From an uncultured Prolixibacteraceae bacterium (GTDB lineage: Bacteria > Bacteroidota > Bacteroidia > Bacteroidales > Prolixibacteraceae), in the NCBI GenBank assembly GCA_964393405.1, contig CAYMTR010000003.1, forward strand, positions 58,915 to 122,914: DNA of 64,000 nucleotides, in the 5' to 3' direction. Below the pieces are notes generated by a model. It saw nothing but the letters and a program-made list of their open reading frames with translations, made no database searches and was not told the origin of the DNA. The translations under genes and the position numbers were made by a program. Shown one piece after another: positions 47,701 to 58,800 of the stretch (within the stretch, counting starts at the first letter, position 1; every line of letters starts with the position of its first letter).

Positions 47701-48168
47701 TTATTTTAAGGGTTCTATAATTACGTTATTTCCTTCAATCTTTAGAACTTTAATTTTTGTGTGAGGGTCAACAAAAATTCCGTTAGTTCGGACTTCCAAA
47801 GTTATTCCATTTATTTTGGCCTTGCCTGCAGGCGCAAGACGACCGATTGTTTCTCCAATATCTCCCGGTTTAACTAAATCGTCTTCAACGTTTTTCATTT
47901 TACCATCAATATCTGTTTCGAGCATCATAGGCTTAACTGCTTTCCCTTTAAAAATGAAATACAAAAATAAGGGAACAATAATTAAAATAGCTGATAATGT
48001 TATAATTCCAATTAGCGTCCCAAAAAATTTGAAGGCCAAAAAGACACAAATTGAAAAAGATATCAAGCAACCAATACCGGCAATGGATATTCCAGGAATT
48101 AGTAAGAACTCAACTATCAGTAAAATAATTCCTAATAAAAACAGTAATATTAAAGAAATGATTTTCAT
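47701..48168 (-). CDS. nfeD: NfeD-family membrane protein
   Basis: 155 aa. Three TM segments plus a C-terminal OB-fold tail (GRLAPAGKAKINGITLEV). Upstream partner of floA. Confidence 0.8.
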   Translation of the reverse strand: MKIISLILLFLLGIILLIVEFLLIPGISIAGIGCLISFSICVFLAFKFFGTLIGIITLSAILIIVPLFLYFIFKGKAVKPMMLETDIDGKMKNVEDDLVKPGDIGETIGRLAPAGKAKINGITLEVRTNGIFVDPHTKIKVLKIEGNNVIIEPLK

Positions 48169-48209
48169 TTTCTAATAGTTTATAGTGGTATAAAATGTTT
48201 CAGTTTTCA

Positions 48210-49673
48210 TTACTTCATATATTGTTTGGCTTCATTGAATGAAAGCTTTTTTCCATCTTTAAAGATAATAATAAATGCGTCTTTTATGCTTTCTTTTCTA
48301 ACTTGGTCTTGTAGTTTTACAGCATCTTTGAAATTAGTCACTTCGCCAATTGTATAATAAGTTATTTTTTTCTCATCTGTGTAGGTGTCTATTTTCCTTA
48401 GAACAGATAATTTTTTAAACAAATTTTTGGAAGCTGGTGGTAATTCAGTTTTAAAAGCACCGATTTGTATTTTATAAACTACTTCATTTTCCGGTTTTGT
48501 AATAATCTCATCTTCAATAGGAGTTTCAACTGTTAAGTCTTCTTGTTCTAAATTTTTCTCATTAACAATAATCGTTAAGGAGTCAGAAGTCTCTTTATTC
48601 TCAAATTCAAGTTCGGTTTTTTTAGTTTCAAGCGAAACTTGTATTGAGTCATTTTCCTTTTTTATTTTGTTTCTTTCATCAACATGGATAGTCTGCCAAA
48701 AGGAATTTTCAGATTCCCTTGACTTTAGGAATTCATCATCTGTTAATCTTTTTAGATCAAAGATTTCTATTTCAAGACCAAGGACTTGATTTGACAATTG
48801 GTTTTTAATATCAAATGATTCAGCTGACTCATACTTTTTTCTTAATTCATTAGTTTTTTCAACCAATGTTGTCAATTCTTTTGAATATTCCCATCCGTTA
48901 AGAAAATGGGATTTACCTTTTATCGTTCTGAATTGATTAAATTTTAAGTAAACTATCCCGGTTGATATATTAAAGTTAATTATTGAGTCTATCAGCTCTT
49001 GTGGTAAGGTTACAGTATCGAGTTTATTGTCTTTCAACAAAACGATCTTGTCAGAAGAGGTAGATGTGTTTACATTTTCAACGGGGGTGTTTGTTTCAAT
49101 AAAACCGTTAATGGGAGGTGTTGTTTCAGTGATAATTGAATCTGGCAGTTGGGTAGAGCTTATTATTGTATTCGTGTCTTTAGAAACAAGTGAATCTTTT
49201 GGTGTTGTTTCATAAGTTACTTTTTCAAAAGGGTTAATTCTTTTAATCGACAGCTTATGTAATTCCTTTACACCTGAATCCTTAATATCTCTCTTTTTTG
49301 CCTTATTAAGGAACATTTGATAGTATGAATTTGAAAGTTGAAACTGATTTAAGGCATGATAGTTTTTTCCAATAAAGAAATTTATATCTAAAGGTACATC
49401 TCCCTTTGATGCTAATAAAAGAAGCTTTGAATTTTCAATGTTGAATTGTCCTGTTTCAATAAAACATACTCCGAGGTAATATAAAATATTTTTATTGTCA
49501 GGATATTTCTTGTAGGCTTCCTGAAAATAAGGAAGAGCTTCAGTGAAATTTTGAGATTCAAATAATAATATTGCTTTTTCATTTTCATTTTGACCAAATG
49601 AATTTAATGAGATCAAAATGAAAACTAATATAGATAAGAAATTGTTTTTATGTATTATTTTATATTCTGTCAT
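48210..49673 (-). CDS. Secreted TPR-like / SPOR-domain protein
   Basis: 487 aa. Signal peptide, TPR-like N-terminus and a SPOR-like C-terminus (VYKIQIGAFK...IIIFKDGKK). Confidence 0.6.
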   Translation of the reverse strand: MTEYKIIHKNNFLSILVFILISLNSFGQNENEKAILLFESQNFTEALPYFQEAYKKYPDNKNILYYLGVCFIETGQFNIENSKLLLLASKGDVPLDINFFIGKNYHALNQFQLSNSYYQMFLNKAKKRDIKDSGVKELHKLSIKRINPFEKVTYETTPKDSLVSKDTNTIISSTQLPDSIITETTPPINGFIETNTPVENVNTSTSSDKIVLLKDNKLDTVTLPQELIDSIINFNISTGIVYLKFNQFRTIKGKSHFLNGWEYSKELTTLVEKTNELRKKYESAESFDIKNQLSNQVLGLEIEIFDLKRLTDDEFLKSRESENSFWQTIHVDERNKIKKENDSIQVSLETKKTELEFENKETSDSLTIIVNEKNLEQEDLTVETPIEDEIITKPENEVVYKIQIGAFKTELPPASKNLFKKLSVLRKIDTYTDEKKITYYTIGEVTNFKDAVKLQDQVRKESIKDAFIIIFKDGKKLSFNEAKQYMK

Positions 49674-49789
49674 TTAAAGTAGGAAACGATGATTTGTTAA
49701 ATTTAATAAATGTATCCGGCAAAAATAATTTTAAAGTAAGCAATTTGACTAAATTTAATCGATAAATAAATTGTAAAAAAACAAAAACT

Positions 49790-50248
49790 ATGATTATACT
49801 TAAAATTGGTGATTTGGCTCCACAATTTACCGGGGTTAATCAAAATAATGAAGAAATTTCATCATCAGATTTTAGAGGGAAGAAAGTTATTTTATACTTT
49901 TATCCCAAGGATAACACCTCAGGATGTACAGCTGAAGCCTGTAATTTAAATGATAATTATCAATTCTGGATCAACAAAGGTTTTGAAGTGATAGGTGTCA
50001 GTCCTGATAGTAGTGCCTCACACAAAAAGTTTGCTGAAAAATACAATCTAGGGTTTAACCTAATCGCTGACCCTGAAAAAAAGATTCTTGAATCTTATGG
50101 CGTATGGGGTGAGAAGAAAATGTACGGTAAATCTTATATGGGAGTATTAAGAACGACCTTTATAATCGATGAAAAAGGTTTAATAGTAGAAATAATTGAA
50201 AAAGTTGATACAAAAAATCATTCAGATCAAATTTTTAAAACGTTGTAA
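49790..50248 (+). CDS. bcp: Thioredoxin-dependent peroxiredoxin Bcp
   Basis: 152 aa. Peroxidatic motif YFYPKDNTSGCTAEAC. Confidence 0.92.
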   Translation: MIILKIGDLAPQFTGVNQNNEEISSSDFRGKKVILYFYPKDNTSGCTAEACNLNDNYQFWINKGFEVIGVSPDSSASHKKFAEKYNLGFNLIADPEKKILESYGVWGEKKMYGKSYMGVLRTTFIIDEKGLIVEIIEKVDTKNHSDQIFKTL

Positions 50249-50251
50249 ATA

Positions 50252-51280
50252 ATGGAAGAAGAAAAATCAAAAGTCAACAAGGAAAAGTTAAAAGCTCTAC
50301 AACTGACGATGGACAAAATTGACAAGTCGTACGGTAAGGGTTCAATTATGAGAATGGGCGATAAGCCAGTTGAAAATGTTCCTGCTATTTCTTCAGGATC
50401 TATTGGACTAAATATTGCAATGGGGGTTGGTGGATACCCTAAAGGACGAATAATTGAGATCTACGGTCCTGAATCATCAGGTAAAACTACTTTGGCGATT
50501 CATGCAATTGCAGAAGCTCAAAAAGCAGGAGGTATTGCTGCAATTATTGATGCGGAACATGCTTTTGATCCAACATATGCTCATAAGCTTGGCGTTGATA
50601 CCGATGAATTGTTAATATCTCAGCCAGATAACGGTGAGCAAGCTCTTGAAATTGCTGATAATCTTATTCGTTCGGGGGCTATTGATATTATTGTAATTGA
50701 CTCAGTTGCCGCTTTAACTCCAAAAGCTGAAATTGAAGGAGACATGGGTGATTCAAGAATGGGTCTTCAAGCCCGATTGATGTCTCAAGCATTAAGAAAA
50801 TTGACTGCAAATATTAATAAAACTAAAACTTGCTGCATCTTTATCAATCAGCTCAGGGAAAAGATTGGTGTAATGTTTGGTAATCCTGAAACTACTACAG
50901 GAGGAAATGCTCTTAAATTTTATGCTTCAGTTAGGTTAGATATTCGTAAGATAGGCCAGGTTAAAGATGGTGAAGAAGCCTTAGGTAATCATACAAGGGT
51001 TAAAGTAGTTAAAAATAAAGTGGCACCTCCATTCAAAAAAGCTGAATTTGATATAATGTTTGGAGAAGGAATATCAAAGACCGGTGAAATTGTAGACCTC
51101 GGTGTTGAGCTTAATATTATTAAGAAAAGCGGATCATGGTTCAGTTATGGCGAAACTAAACTTGGGCAAGGTAGAGAAGGCGTCAAAAGTTTAATGAAAG
51201 ATAATCCAGAGCTTGCACTGGAACTTGAAAACAAAATAATGGAAGCGTTATCAACGACAGCAATTACTACGGAATCGTAG
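50252..51280 (+). CDS. recA: Recombinase A
   Basis: 342 aa. Walker [10 protein letters not shown] and [28 protein letters not shown]. Confidence 0.98.
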   Translation: MEEEKSKVNKEKLKALQLTMDKIDKSYGKGSIMRMGDKPVENVPAISSGSIGLNIAMGVGGYPKGRIIEIYGPESSGKTTLAIHAIAEAQKAGGIAAIIDAEHAFDPTYAHKLGVDTDELLISQPDNGEQALEIADNLIRSGAIDIIVIDSVAALTPKAEIEGDMGDSRMGLQARLMSQALRKLTANINKTKTCCIFINQLREKIGVMFGNPETTTGGNALKFYASVRLDIRKIGQVKDGEEALGNHTRVKVVKNKVAPPFKKAEFDIMFGEGISKTGEIVDLGVELNIIKKSGSWFSYGETKLGQGREGVKSLMKDNPELALELENKIMEALSTTAITTES

Positions 51281-51308
51281 TTGATTAATAAAATATTATT
51301 ACTTTACT

Positions 51309-51351
51309 ATCTTTCCGGACAAAACGTTATAATCCGGAAAGATTTTTTTTT
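51309..51351 (+). terminator. Terminator after recA
   Basis: ATCTTTCCGGA-(13-nt loop)-TCCGGAAAGAT followed by T9. Confidence 0.85.
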
Positions 51352-51412
51352 ATTCGTATATATCATTTTCAGATTAAAATTAAAAATTAATTAAAACTAA
51401 TTATTTACTAAA

Positions 51413-53839
51413 ATGAAGGTTCTCAAATTTGGCGGAACTTCAGTAGGAAGTGTTCAAAACTTACTGAAAGTTAAAGAGATTGTTAATAGTCAGAACGATG
51501 ACATAGTAGTTGTTGTTTCAGCCTTTGGAGGTATCACCGATAAGATTCTCTCAATGGCTAAAACCGCTGCTTTAACAAATACCTTCACCGAGAAAGAAAT
51601 AACGGAAGTCACAATCCGCCATATGGACGCTGTTAACTCTTTACTTAAAGGTGAAACCAGAATTAGTGTTAAGAAACAAATTCAGGAAAAGATTGACGAA
51701 TTGAGTGGTCTTATCAGAGGTGTCTCACTTATTGGAGAGTTGACAGATAAAACTCTTGATAGGATTGGAGGATTGGGAGAAATTCTTTCATCTACCATTA
51801 TTGCTCCATTTCTAAATGCAAAATGGTTCAACAGTAGTGAATTAATTAAAACTGATAGTAATTTTGTTAAAGCTTCTGTTGATTTTGATTTATCAAATAA
51901 ACTTATTGGTGAGGCATTTAAGGATTTTAAAGGACTTGCTGTTGTTCCTGGTTTTGTTTCGTCAAATACTAAGGGTGAATTAACAACTTTAGGCCGTGGC
52001 GGATCAGACTATTCAGCAGCTATTTATGCAGCTGCACTTAACGCATCAGCATTAGAAATATGGACAGATGTTGATGGATTTATGACTGCTGATCCCCGTG
52101 TAATAAGCAAAGCTTACACAATAAATTATCTTACTTATTCCGAAGCGATGGAACTATCCCACTTTGGCGCAAAGGTCCTTTTTCCTCCAACAATATTACC
52201 TGTATTCAGAAAAAAGATTCCTGTCTGGATTAAAAATACAACTAAGCCTAAAGAGCCGGGAACATTAATCGGATACGAAAAAAGAAACGGAAGTACTCAG
52301 ATTATTAAAGGGATTTCTTCTATTTCCGATATTTCACTTCTCACTCTACAGGGTGCTGGAATGGTAGGCGTAACAGGTATTTCAATGAGGTTGTTTACTT
52401 CTCTGGCAAAAGAAAATATAAATGTTATTCTGATTTCTCAAGCTTCATCTGAGAATTCAATCTCTATTGCAGTGCATACAAGCTTGTCTGTAAAAGCTGC
52501 AAATGCAATAAACACAGATTTTGAGTTTGAGATTAATAATGGTCTTGTAAATAGGGTTAAAATTGAGGACGATCTTTCTATTGTAGCTATTGTTGGGGAA
52601 AATATGAAAGAAAGTTCCGGAATTGCAGGTAAGTTATTTAATATTATTGGTAAGAATGGAGTTAACGTTAGAGCCATTGCTCAAGGTGCTTCTGAATTGA
52701 ATATTTCATGGGTGGTTAAAACTTCTGATTTAAGGAAGACCTTAAACGTTATTCACGAAGGGTTCTTTCTTACCACTTATAAAGAATTAAATCTTTTTCT
52801 TATTGGCATTGGGACTGTTGGAGGAAACTTAATTCAACAATTGAAGCTGCAACAAGAAAAGCTCTTTATTAATAAAAGATTGAAATTGAAACTGGTAAGC
52901 ATATCTAACAGTAAAAAGATGTTTTTTAACCGAGATGGAATTGATCTTGAAAATTACTTGTCGTTGCTTAAATATTCTGACCTAAAATCTGACTTTAAAG
53001 ATTTTGTAGACATAATGACAAGTATGAATATTTTCAATTCAGTTTTTATTGATTGTACTGCAAATGAGTCTCTGGCTAATTTTTATCAGCAAATTTTAGA
53101 ATCTAATATTTCAATTGTCGCTGCGAACAAGGTTGCTGCTTCATCTGAATTCTTCAAATATAAGTTATTGAAGGAAACAGCTTTGAAAAAAGGAGTTAAA
53201 TTCCACTTTGAAACCAATGTTGGTGCCGGATTACCAATAATTTCGACTATTAAGGATCTTACAAATAGTGGAGATCAAATTTTGAAGATTCAGGCAGTAT
53301 TATCAGGTACTATTAATTACATTTTTAATACTTTAAGTGAGGATATACCCTTCAGTAAGGCTGTTGAAATGTCAAAAAAGGCCGGTTATTCAGAACCTGA
53401 TCCCAGAATAGATTTAAGTGGGAAAGATGTGGTCAGGAAGATTCTAATTCTGGCAAGAGAGGCTGGTTATGAAGTAGAAGAAACTCAAGTCGAGGTAGAG
53501 AACTTTATTCCAGAAGAGTTGTTTAAAGTAAGCATTAACGAGTTTTGGAATAAAATTAAAGATTTAGATTGTAGGTTTGAAGATCTCAGGAAAAGTGCTG
53601 AATCAGAAAATAAGAAATTCAGATTTGTTGCCTCCTACGAAAATGGAAATTCAAAAGTTTCATTACAAGCAGTTGATAGGAATTCTCCTTTTTATGATCT
53701 GGAAGGTAGTAATAATGTAATCCTGTTGACAACTGAAAGATATAATGCTTATCCGATGCAGATAAAAGGATATGGAGCGGGGGCAGATGTAACTGCAGCA
53801 GGTGTTTTTGCTGATATAATTAGAATAGCTAACATTTAA
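51413..53839 (+). CDS. thrA: Bifunctional aspartate kinase / homoserine dehydrogenase I
   Basis: 808 aa. Aspartate-kinase N-terminus (MKVLKFGGTSVGS, GRGGSDYSA), ACT domains, and a homoserine-dehydrogenase C-terminus (GIGTVGG, GAGLPII). Confidence 0.95.
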   Translation: MKVLKFGGTSVGSVQNLLKVKEIVNSQNDDIVVVVSAFGGITDKILSMAKTAALTNTFTEKEITEVTIRHMDAVNSLLKGETRISVKKQIQEKIDELSGLIRGVSLIGELTDKTLDRIGGLGEILSSTIIAPFLNAKWFNSSELIKTDSNFVKASVDFDLSNKLIGEAFKDFKGLAVVPGFVSSNTKGELTTLGRGGSDYSAAIYAAALNASALEIWTDVDGFMTADPRVISKAYTINYLTYSEAMELSHFGAKVLFPPTILPVFRKKIPVWIKNTTKPKEPGTLIGYEKRNGSTQIIKGISSISDISLLTLQGAGMVGVTGISMRLFTSLAKENINVILISQASSENSISIAVHTSLSVKAANAINTDFEFEINNGLVNRVKIEDDLSIVAIVGENMKESSGIAGKLFNIIGKNGVNVRAIAQGASELNISWVVKTSDLRKTLNVIHEGFFLTTYKELNLFLIGIGTVGGNLIQQLKLQQEKLFINKRLKLKLVSISNSKKMFFNRDGIDLENYLSLLKYSDLKSDFKDFVDIMTSMNIFNSVFIDCTANESLANFYQQILESNISIVAANKVAASSEFFKYKLLKETALKKGVKFHFETNVGAGLPIISTIKDLTNSGDQILKIQAVLSGTINYIFNTLSEDIPFSKAVEMSKKAGYSEPDPRIDLSGKDVVRKILILAREAGYEVEETQVEVENFIPEELFKVSINEFWNKIKDLDCRFEDLRKSAESENKKFRFVASYENGNSKVSLQAVDRNSPFYDLEGSNNVILLTTERYNAYPMQIKGYGAGADVTAAGVFADIIRIANI

Positions 53840-53847
53840 TTGATTTT

Positions 53848-54645
53848 ATGAAAAATAATCTTATTTCTAAAAGTTTTTATTTCACATTTCTTTTTGTTCT
53901 CTTTTTTACAAGCTGTACAAAAGATATTGTTGAAGATAAGAAGGATGAAGATTCTCCAATTTTAATTCAAATATCTGTCATTGATGCATTGTTGCAAGGT
54001 ATATACGAAGGAATATTACCTATCGATGAATTGAAGGAGTTAGGAGATATTGGAATTGGCACTTTCGAAAAGTTGAACGGTGAAATGATAATGTATAACG
54101 ACACTATTTACCAAGCTTTGTATTCAGGTGAAGTTGTTATTCCTTCAGGTGATAGTAAAACACCATTCGCTTCTGTTTGTAATTGGGAAACAAATGCAAA
54201 TTTCTCCATTGAACACTTTAATTTTGATTCCTTAAATACTCGCTTCGATGATTTTTTTCCTACATCGAATATCTTTTATGGAATAAAAATAAGCGGAAGG
54301 TTTGAATATATGAAAACAAGGGTGGTTGAGCCAGACAAACCTTTAGGAGAAGCGGCTGAAAATCAGGCTGAATTTGAGTTCAATAATATTGATGGTATTA
54401 TTATTGGATTTTTCTGCCCCGATTATGTAAATGGAATTAATGCAAAAGGTTTTCATTTGCACTTTTTAAGTTCAGACAGAAAGCATGGAGGGCATATTCT
54501 TTCTTTTACAATTGAAAATGCAAATATGGAGATTTGTTATTTATATGACTTCAAACTTATTTTGCCTGAAGAAGGTAGTTTTTTTAATGGCGATTTCAGT
54601 GTTGATAGGGAAGAGGAGCTGGAAGAAGCCGAAGGTGATAATTAA
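53848..54645 (+). CDS. Alpha-acetolactate-decarboxylase-family protein with lipoprotein signal
   Basis: 265 aa. Lipobox FFTSC. Family-like segment ISVIDALLQGIYEGILPIDELKELGDIGIGTFEKLNGEMI, plus FHLHFLS. Confidence 0.7.
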   Translation: MKNNLISKSFYFTFLFVLFFTSCTKDIVEDKKDEDSPILIQISVIDALLQGIYEGILPIDELKELGDIGIGTFEKLNGEMIMYNDTIYQALYSGEVVIPSGDSKTPFASVCNWETNANFSIEHFNFDSLNTRFDDFFPTSNIFYGIKISGRFEYMKTRVVEPDKPLGEAAENQAEFEFNNIDGIIIGFFCPDYVNGINAKGFHLHFLSSDRKHGGHILSFTIENANMEICYLYDFKLILPEEGSFFNGDFSVDREEELEEAEGDN

Positions 54646-54657
54646 TATAGTTTTAAG

Positions 54658-55872
54658 ATGAAATACGTTATTGTTTTAGGTGATGGCATGGCAGATATGC
54701 CTAATGATATTCTGGGCGGAAAAACTCCCTTGATGGCTGCAAATAAGCCACACATTAATGAACTTGCAAAGAAAGGCAAAAGTGGGCTGCTTGTTACTGT
54801 GCCAAATGACATGCCTGCTGGAAGTGAAATTGCAAATATGGGTGTTCTTGGTTATGATGTCCACAAAGTTTATGAGGGGAGGGGAGTTCTTGAAGCTGCA
54901 AGTATGGGGGTTGAGATTGAAGACGGAGACCTTGGATTACGTTGTAACTTAATTTGCATTGAAGACGAAAAAATCAAAAACCATTCATCAGGACACATTT
55001 CTAGTGAAGAAGCGTTACAAATTATTGATACTCTAAATGAGAAGCTAAGTACTTATACGATTCGATTTTACCCCGGTGTTTCTTATCGACATCTTTTAGT
55101 AATTAAAGGAGGAAAGAAACAATTGAACTGTACTCCTCCCCATGATGTTCCTGGAACTTTTTTTAAAGATGTTCTTGTTAAGGCAAATGATTCGGAGTCA
55201 ATGGATACTGCGCTTTTAATAAATGATTTAATCCTAAAATCTCAGGAAATTCTAAAATCTCACCCAATAAATATCAGTAGAATTGAAAAAGGTAAAGATC
55301 CTGCCAACTCTATATGGCCTTGGTCACCTGGATTTAAACCCAAAATGGATACTCTGAGCGAGATGTATGGGATAAAAAAATCAGCTGTAATATCTGCAGT
55401 TGATTTGATACAGGGTATTGGAGTATATGCCGGTATGGATGTAATTAAAGTTGATGGAGCAACAGGTTTGTATGATACAAACTATGAAGGCAAGGCTGCT
55501 GCTGCGATTAATGCATTGAAAGGTGATGTTGATTTTGTATACTTACACATTGAGGCTAGTGACGAGGCCGGACATGAAGGAGATGTACTTCTTAAAACAA
55601 AGACAATCGAATATCTCGATTCAAGGATATTAAAACCAATAATGGATTCGGCTAGAGACTTAAAAGAGCCACTATCAATCGCATTGTTGCCCGATCATCC
55701 AACTCCTTGCATTAAGAGGACTCATACTCACGACCCTGTTCCCTTTATAATATATAGGCCGGGAGAACAAGCTGATGAAGTTGATAGATATGATGAGGAA
55801 AGTGCAAAGAATGGATGTTATGGACTAATATCCGGTAACGATTTTATAAAGCATTTTTTAGGGTTAATTTGA
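54658..55872 (+). CDS. Archaeal-type cofactor-independent phosphoglycerate-mutase (ApgM) family protein; by context the likely non-orthologous homoserine kinase
   Basis: 404 aa. Motifs MKYVIVLGDGMADMP and HIEASDEAGHEGD. Sits in the thrA...thrC cluster, and no thrB is present in the window. Confidence 0.75.
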   Translation: MKYVIVLGDGMADMPNDILGGKTPLMAANKPHINELAKKGKSGLLVTVPNDMPAGSEIANMGVLGYDVHKVYEGRGVLEAASMGVEIEDGDLGLRCNLICIEDEKIKNHSSGHISSEEALQIIDTLNEKLSTYTIRFYPGVSYRHLLVIKGGKKQLNCTPPHDVPGTFFKDVLVKANDSESMDTALLINDLILKSQEILKSHPINISRIEKGKDPANSIWPWSPGFKPKMDTLSEMYGIKKSAVISAVDLIQGIGVYAGMDVIKVDGATGLYDTNYEGKAAAAINALKGDVDFVYLHIEASDEAGHEGDVLLKTKTIEYLDSRILKPIMDSARDLKEPLSIALLPDHPTPCIKRTHTHDPVPFIIYRPGEQADEVDRYDEESAKNGCYGLISGNDFIKHFLGLI

Positions 55873-55880
55873 ACAGAAAA

Positions 55881-58800
55881 TTAATTTAAAATGGGCAGAG
55901 TGAAGTAGAAAGTCGAACCTTTACCTGGTTCGCTTTCTGACCAAATATTTCCACTATTCTTTTCAACAAATTCCTTGCAAAGGTTTAGTCCCAGACCACT
56001 GCCCTTTTCCCCTACAGTTCCATCAATAGATTCCTTGTTTGACAGTCGGAATAAGTTTCTTAGTGTTTTTTCACTCATTCCTATTCCAAAATCTTTTACA
56101 AAAATGGTTAATGTAGAAGCATCTGCTCTTCCTCCAATAATAACAACACCTTCAGGTTTGGAGAATTTAATTGAATTAGAAATAAGATTTCTAAATACTG
56201 TTCTTACAGAACTTGAATCAGCCATTACAAAAGTTCCGTTCTGTAATTCGTTTATTAATACTATTCTTTTATTGGAAGCTTGTTGAAAATGGTTGATTAT
56301 TTCGCTCTGAGCTAAATCATAAATGTTCTGAGGCTCAAAAGTGAAAGTAATTTTATTTATTTGAGACCTTGCCCATAAAAGCAAATCATCAAGTAAATTA
56401 AGAGTAGAATTTGCTGAATTAACACTAGAATCGATTATTTCTTTTTTCTGTTCTTCTGAGAATGAACTAAAATTATCTTTTAAAAGTTCAGTCAATTGAA
56501 CAACTGAACTTACTGGATTTTTAAGGTCATGTGCTATAATGTTGAAAAACTTATTTTTAACATCATTTGCTTTCTCTAGCTCTTCTTTCTGGGCTACAAC
56601 AACTGCAGTTCTTTCCTTGACAATTAATTCAAGTTTTTTCTTTTCCTGTTTGTAGTTGTAATCCTTTAATCGACTGTATATTAGGAGTGTCGCAACAACA
56701 AATGCAATGATTAGGAATCTAAATAAACTTGTTCTCCAAAAAGGAGGAAAAATTGATATATGGAGCTTGGTTAAATTGTCTGTCCATATTCCATGATCAT
56801 TTGAAACCTTTATGAGGAAATCATATTCTCCGGGACTAAGGTTTGAATATGTAACACTGTTTTTATTATATGGTACATTGATCCACTCACTATTTACACC
56901 TTCAAGTTTATATGAAAATTCTCTGTTTGTCTGATTGTTGTAATTCATAGAAGAGAAATCGATAGTAATAAAATTCATGTTGTGACTAAGACTTACAGTG
57001 TCACAATAGCTTATTGTTTTACCATTTAGAATTTTATCACCATTCTCTATTTTCTTCTCAAAAATTCTTAAGTCTGTAATGTTTACTTTATTTATTGCGT
57101 TCTCTTCAACTTCAACTGTTGGGTTCAAGTATTGAACACCCTCTTGACCACCAATAAATATCTTTTTTGTCTCAGAAAGATAGGTTGATGACAAATGTTC
57201 TATACCCGAATTCAGACCATCATATAATGATATTTCAGTGTAGTTTTTAAAATTAACATCTGTTTTAATAACTTTCTGCTCTGTTACTATCCAGATATTG
57301 TTTTGATTGTCTTCGAAGATTGATTTGATGTGAAGCTTATTTAGCCCTATATCGCCCCCAATTTTTTTAAACTTGAGGTTCTCTCTGTCCATTGAGCATA
57401 ACCCATCTTCATTCGTGCTGATTAATATTTGTCCATTACGTAGTTTGGTAATTATATTTACTTGATTACTAAAAAACTTTTCTGTTTTATCGTCAGTGAG
57501 TAAATGTGATCTAAAATCTCCGGATTTAATATTATAACTTATAACTCCATTGTTATATGTAGCCATCCAAAGAATGTCGTCATCATAAAGCAGGTTCAAG
57601 GTTGAAAAATCTCTTTGCCATTTTTCTTTAGCAGGATTATAAATACTGCCATCTTTGTTTATAATTAATAATCCTTGATCCCAGGGAGTTATAAAGATTT
57701 GTGAGTCGTTAGAAGTAATTCCAAACACTGCATAGGAAGATGGAAATTTTGCTTCTGTTTTAATTTTACGCGTTCTTAAGTCAATGCTTTTAAATTCTTC
57801 AGAAAAGGAGCCGTAAAATAGTTTTTGACTAGCCTTGTCCCAGTATAATCTGTATACATATGCTTCAGGTATATCTATTTCTGTAATCTCACTTTTAATA
57901 TCGTTGTAAATAAGTATTTTCCGATTTGAAGTGCCAATTATAATTTCCCCAGGTCTTCCGGGAGAAATTGATAGCACCTGGATTTTGGATAACTCTGAAA
58001 AATTCCCTGTTCCTTTGTGCAAATCGTTGATTATCTTATTTGAATAGTTAATCTGGAAGAATCCTTGATTTGTAGTCCCAACCCATATGTTTTCTCTGTC
58101 AGAAAACAGACAATTTATTTGATTAGACGGAATTTTAAAAATTTCTGAATTGACTTCGTATTTCTCAAGGACTTTCAGTTCAGGAGAAAGGTGGACTATT
58201 TTATTATAATGATCAACAACCCATATGCCTCCATATGAATCCTTTTCAATATTTAATACTATCGGATTATCTAAATATTCATTTGCTTCCCATGTTGAAA
58301 ATTCATCTTTGGAATTAGAGTATTCAAGTACTTTAACTCCCCAAGTACAAAAGAGCATTTTATCATTGTCCCATATCAAAGCATCATTTACACTTGAAAT
58401 AAAATTTCCGGTTTTGTCTTTGTGATAAAACTTTTTTTCCTTTGTAACGACGTTAAACTTAAGCGTTCCACTATATAAAAAGCCTAGCCATAGGTTGTTG
58501 TCCGAATCATAAAATAGCTTTCGTATGTTCCCGTAATTAAGATCTTCGATATTGATAAGATCTTCGAAATTATAATGCTCAAATTTCTTCGTTTCTTTAT
58601 TATAGCTATTAAGCCCACTTTCTGTTCCAATCCATAGTACCCCGTTTAAATCTTCGGCTAAACAAAGAACGTTGTTGGAAGAAATAGAAGTTTCATCCTC
58701 TGGATTATGAAAAAAATGATTAAAATTTCCCGTTTCCGGGTTATAACAATTTAAACCGTTTGAAGTAGCTATCCAAAGCAACCCGCTTTTATCAAATTTT

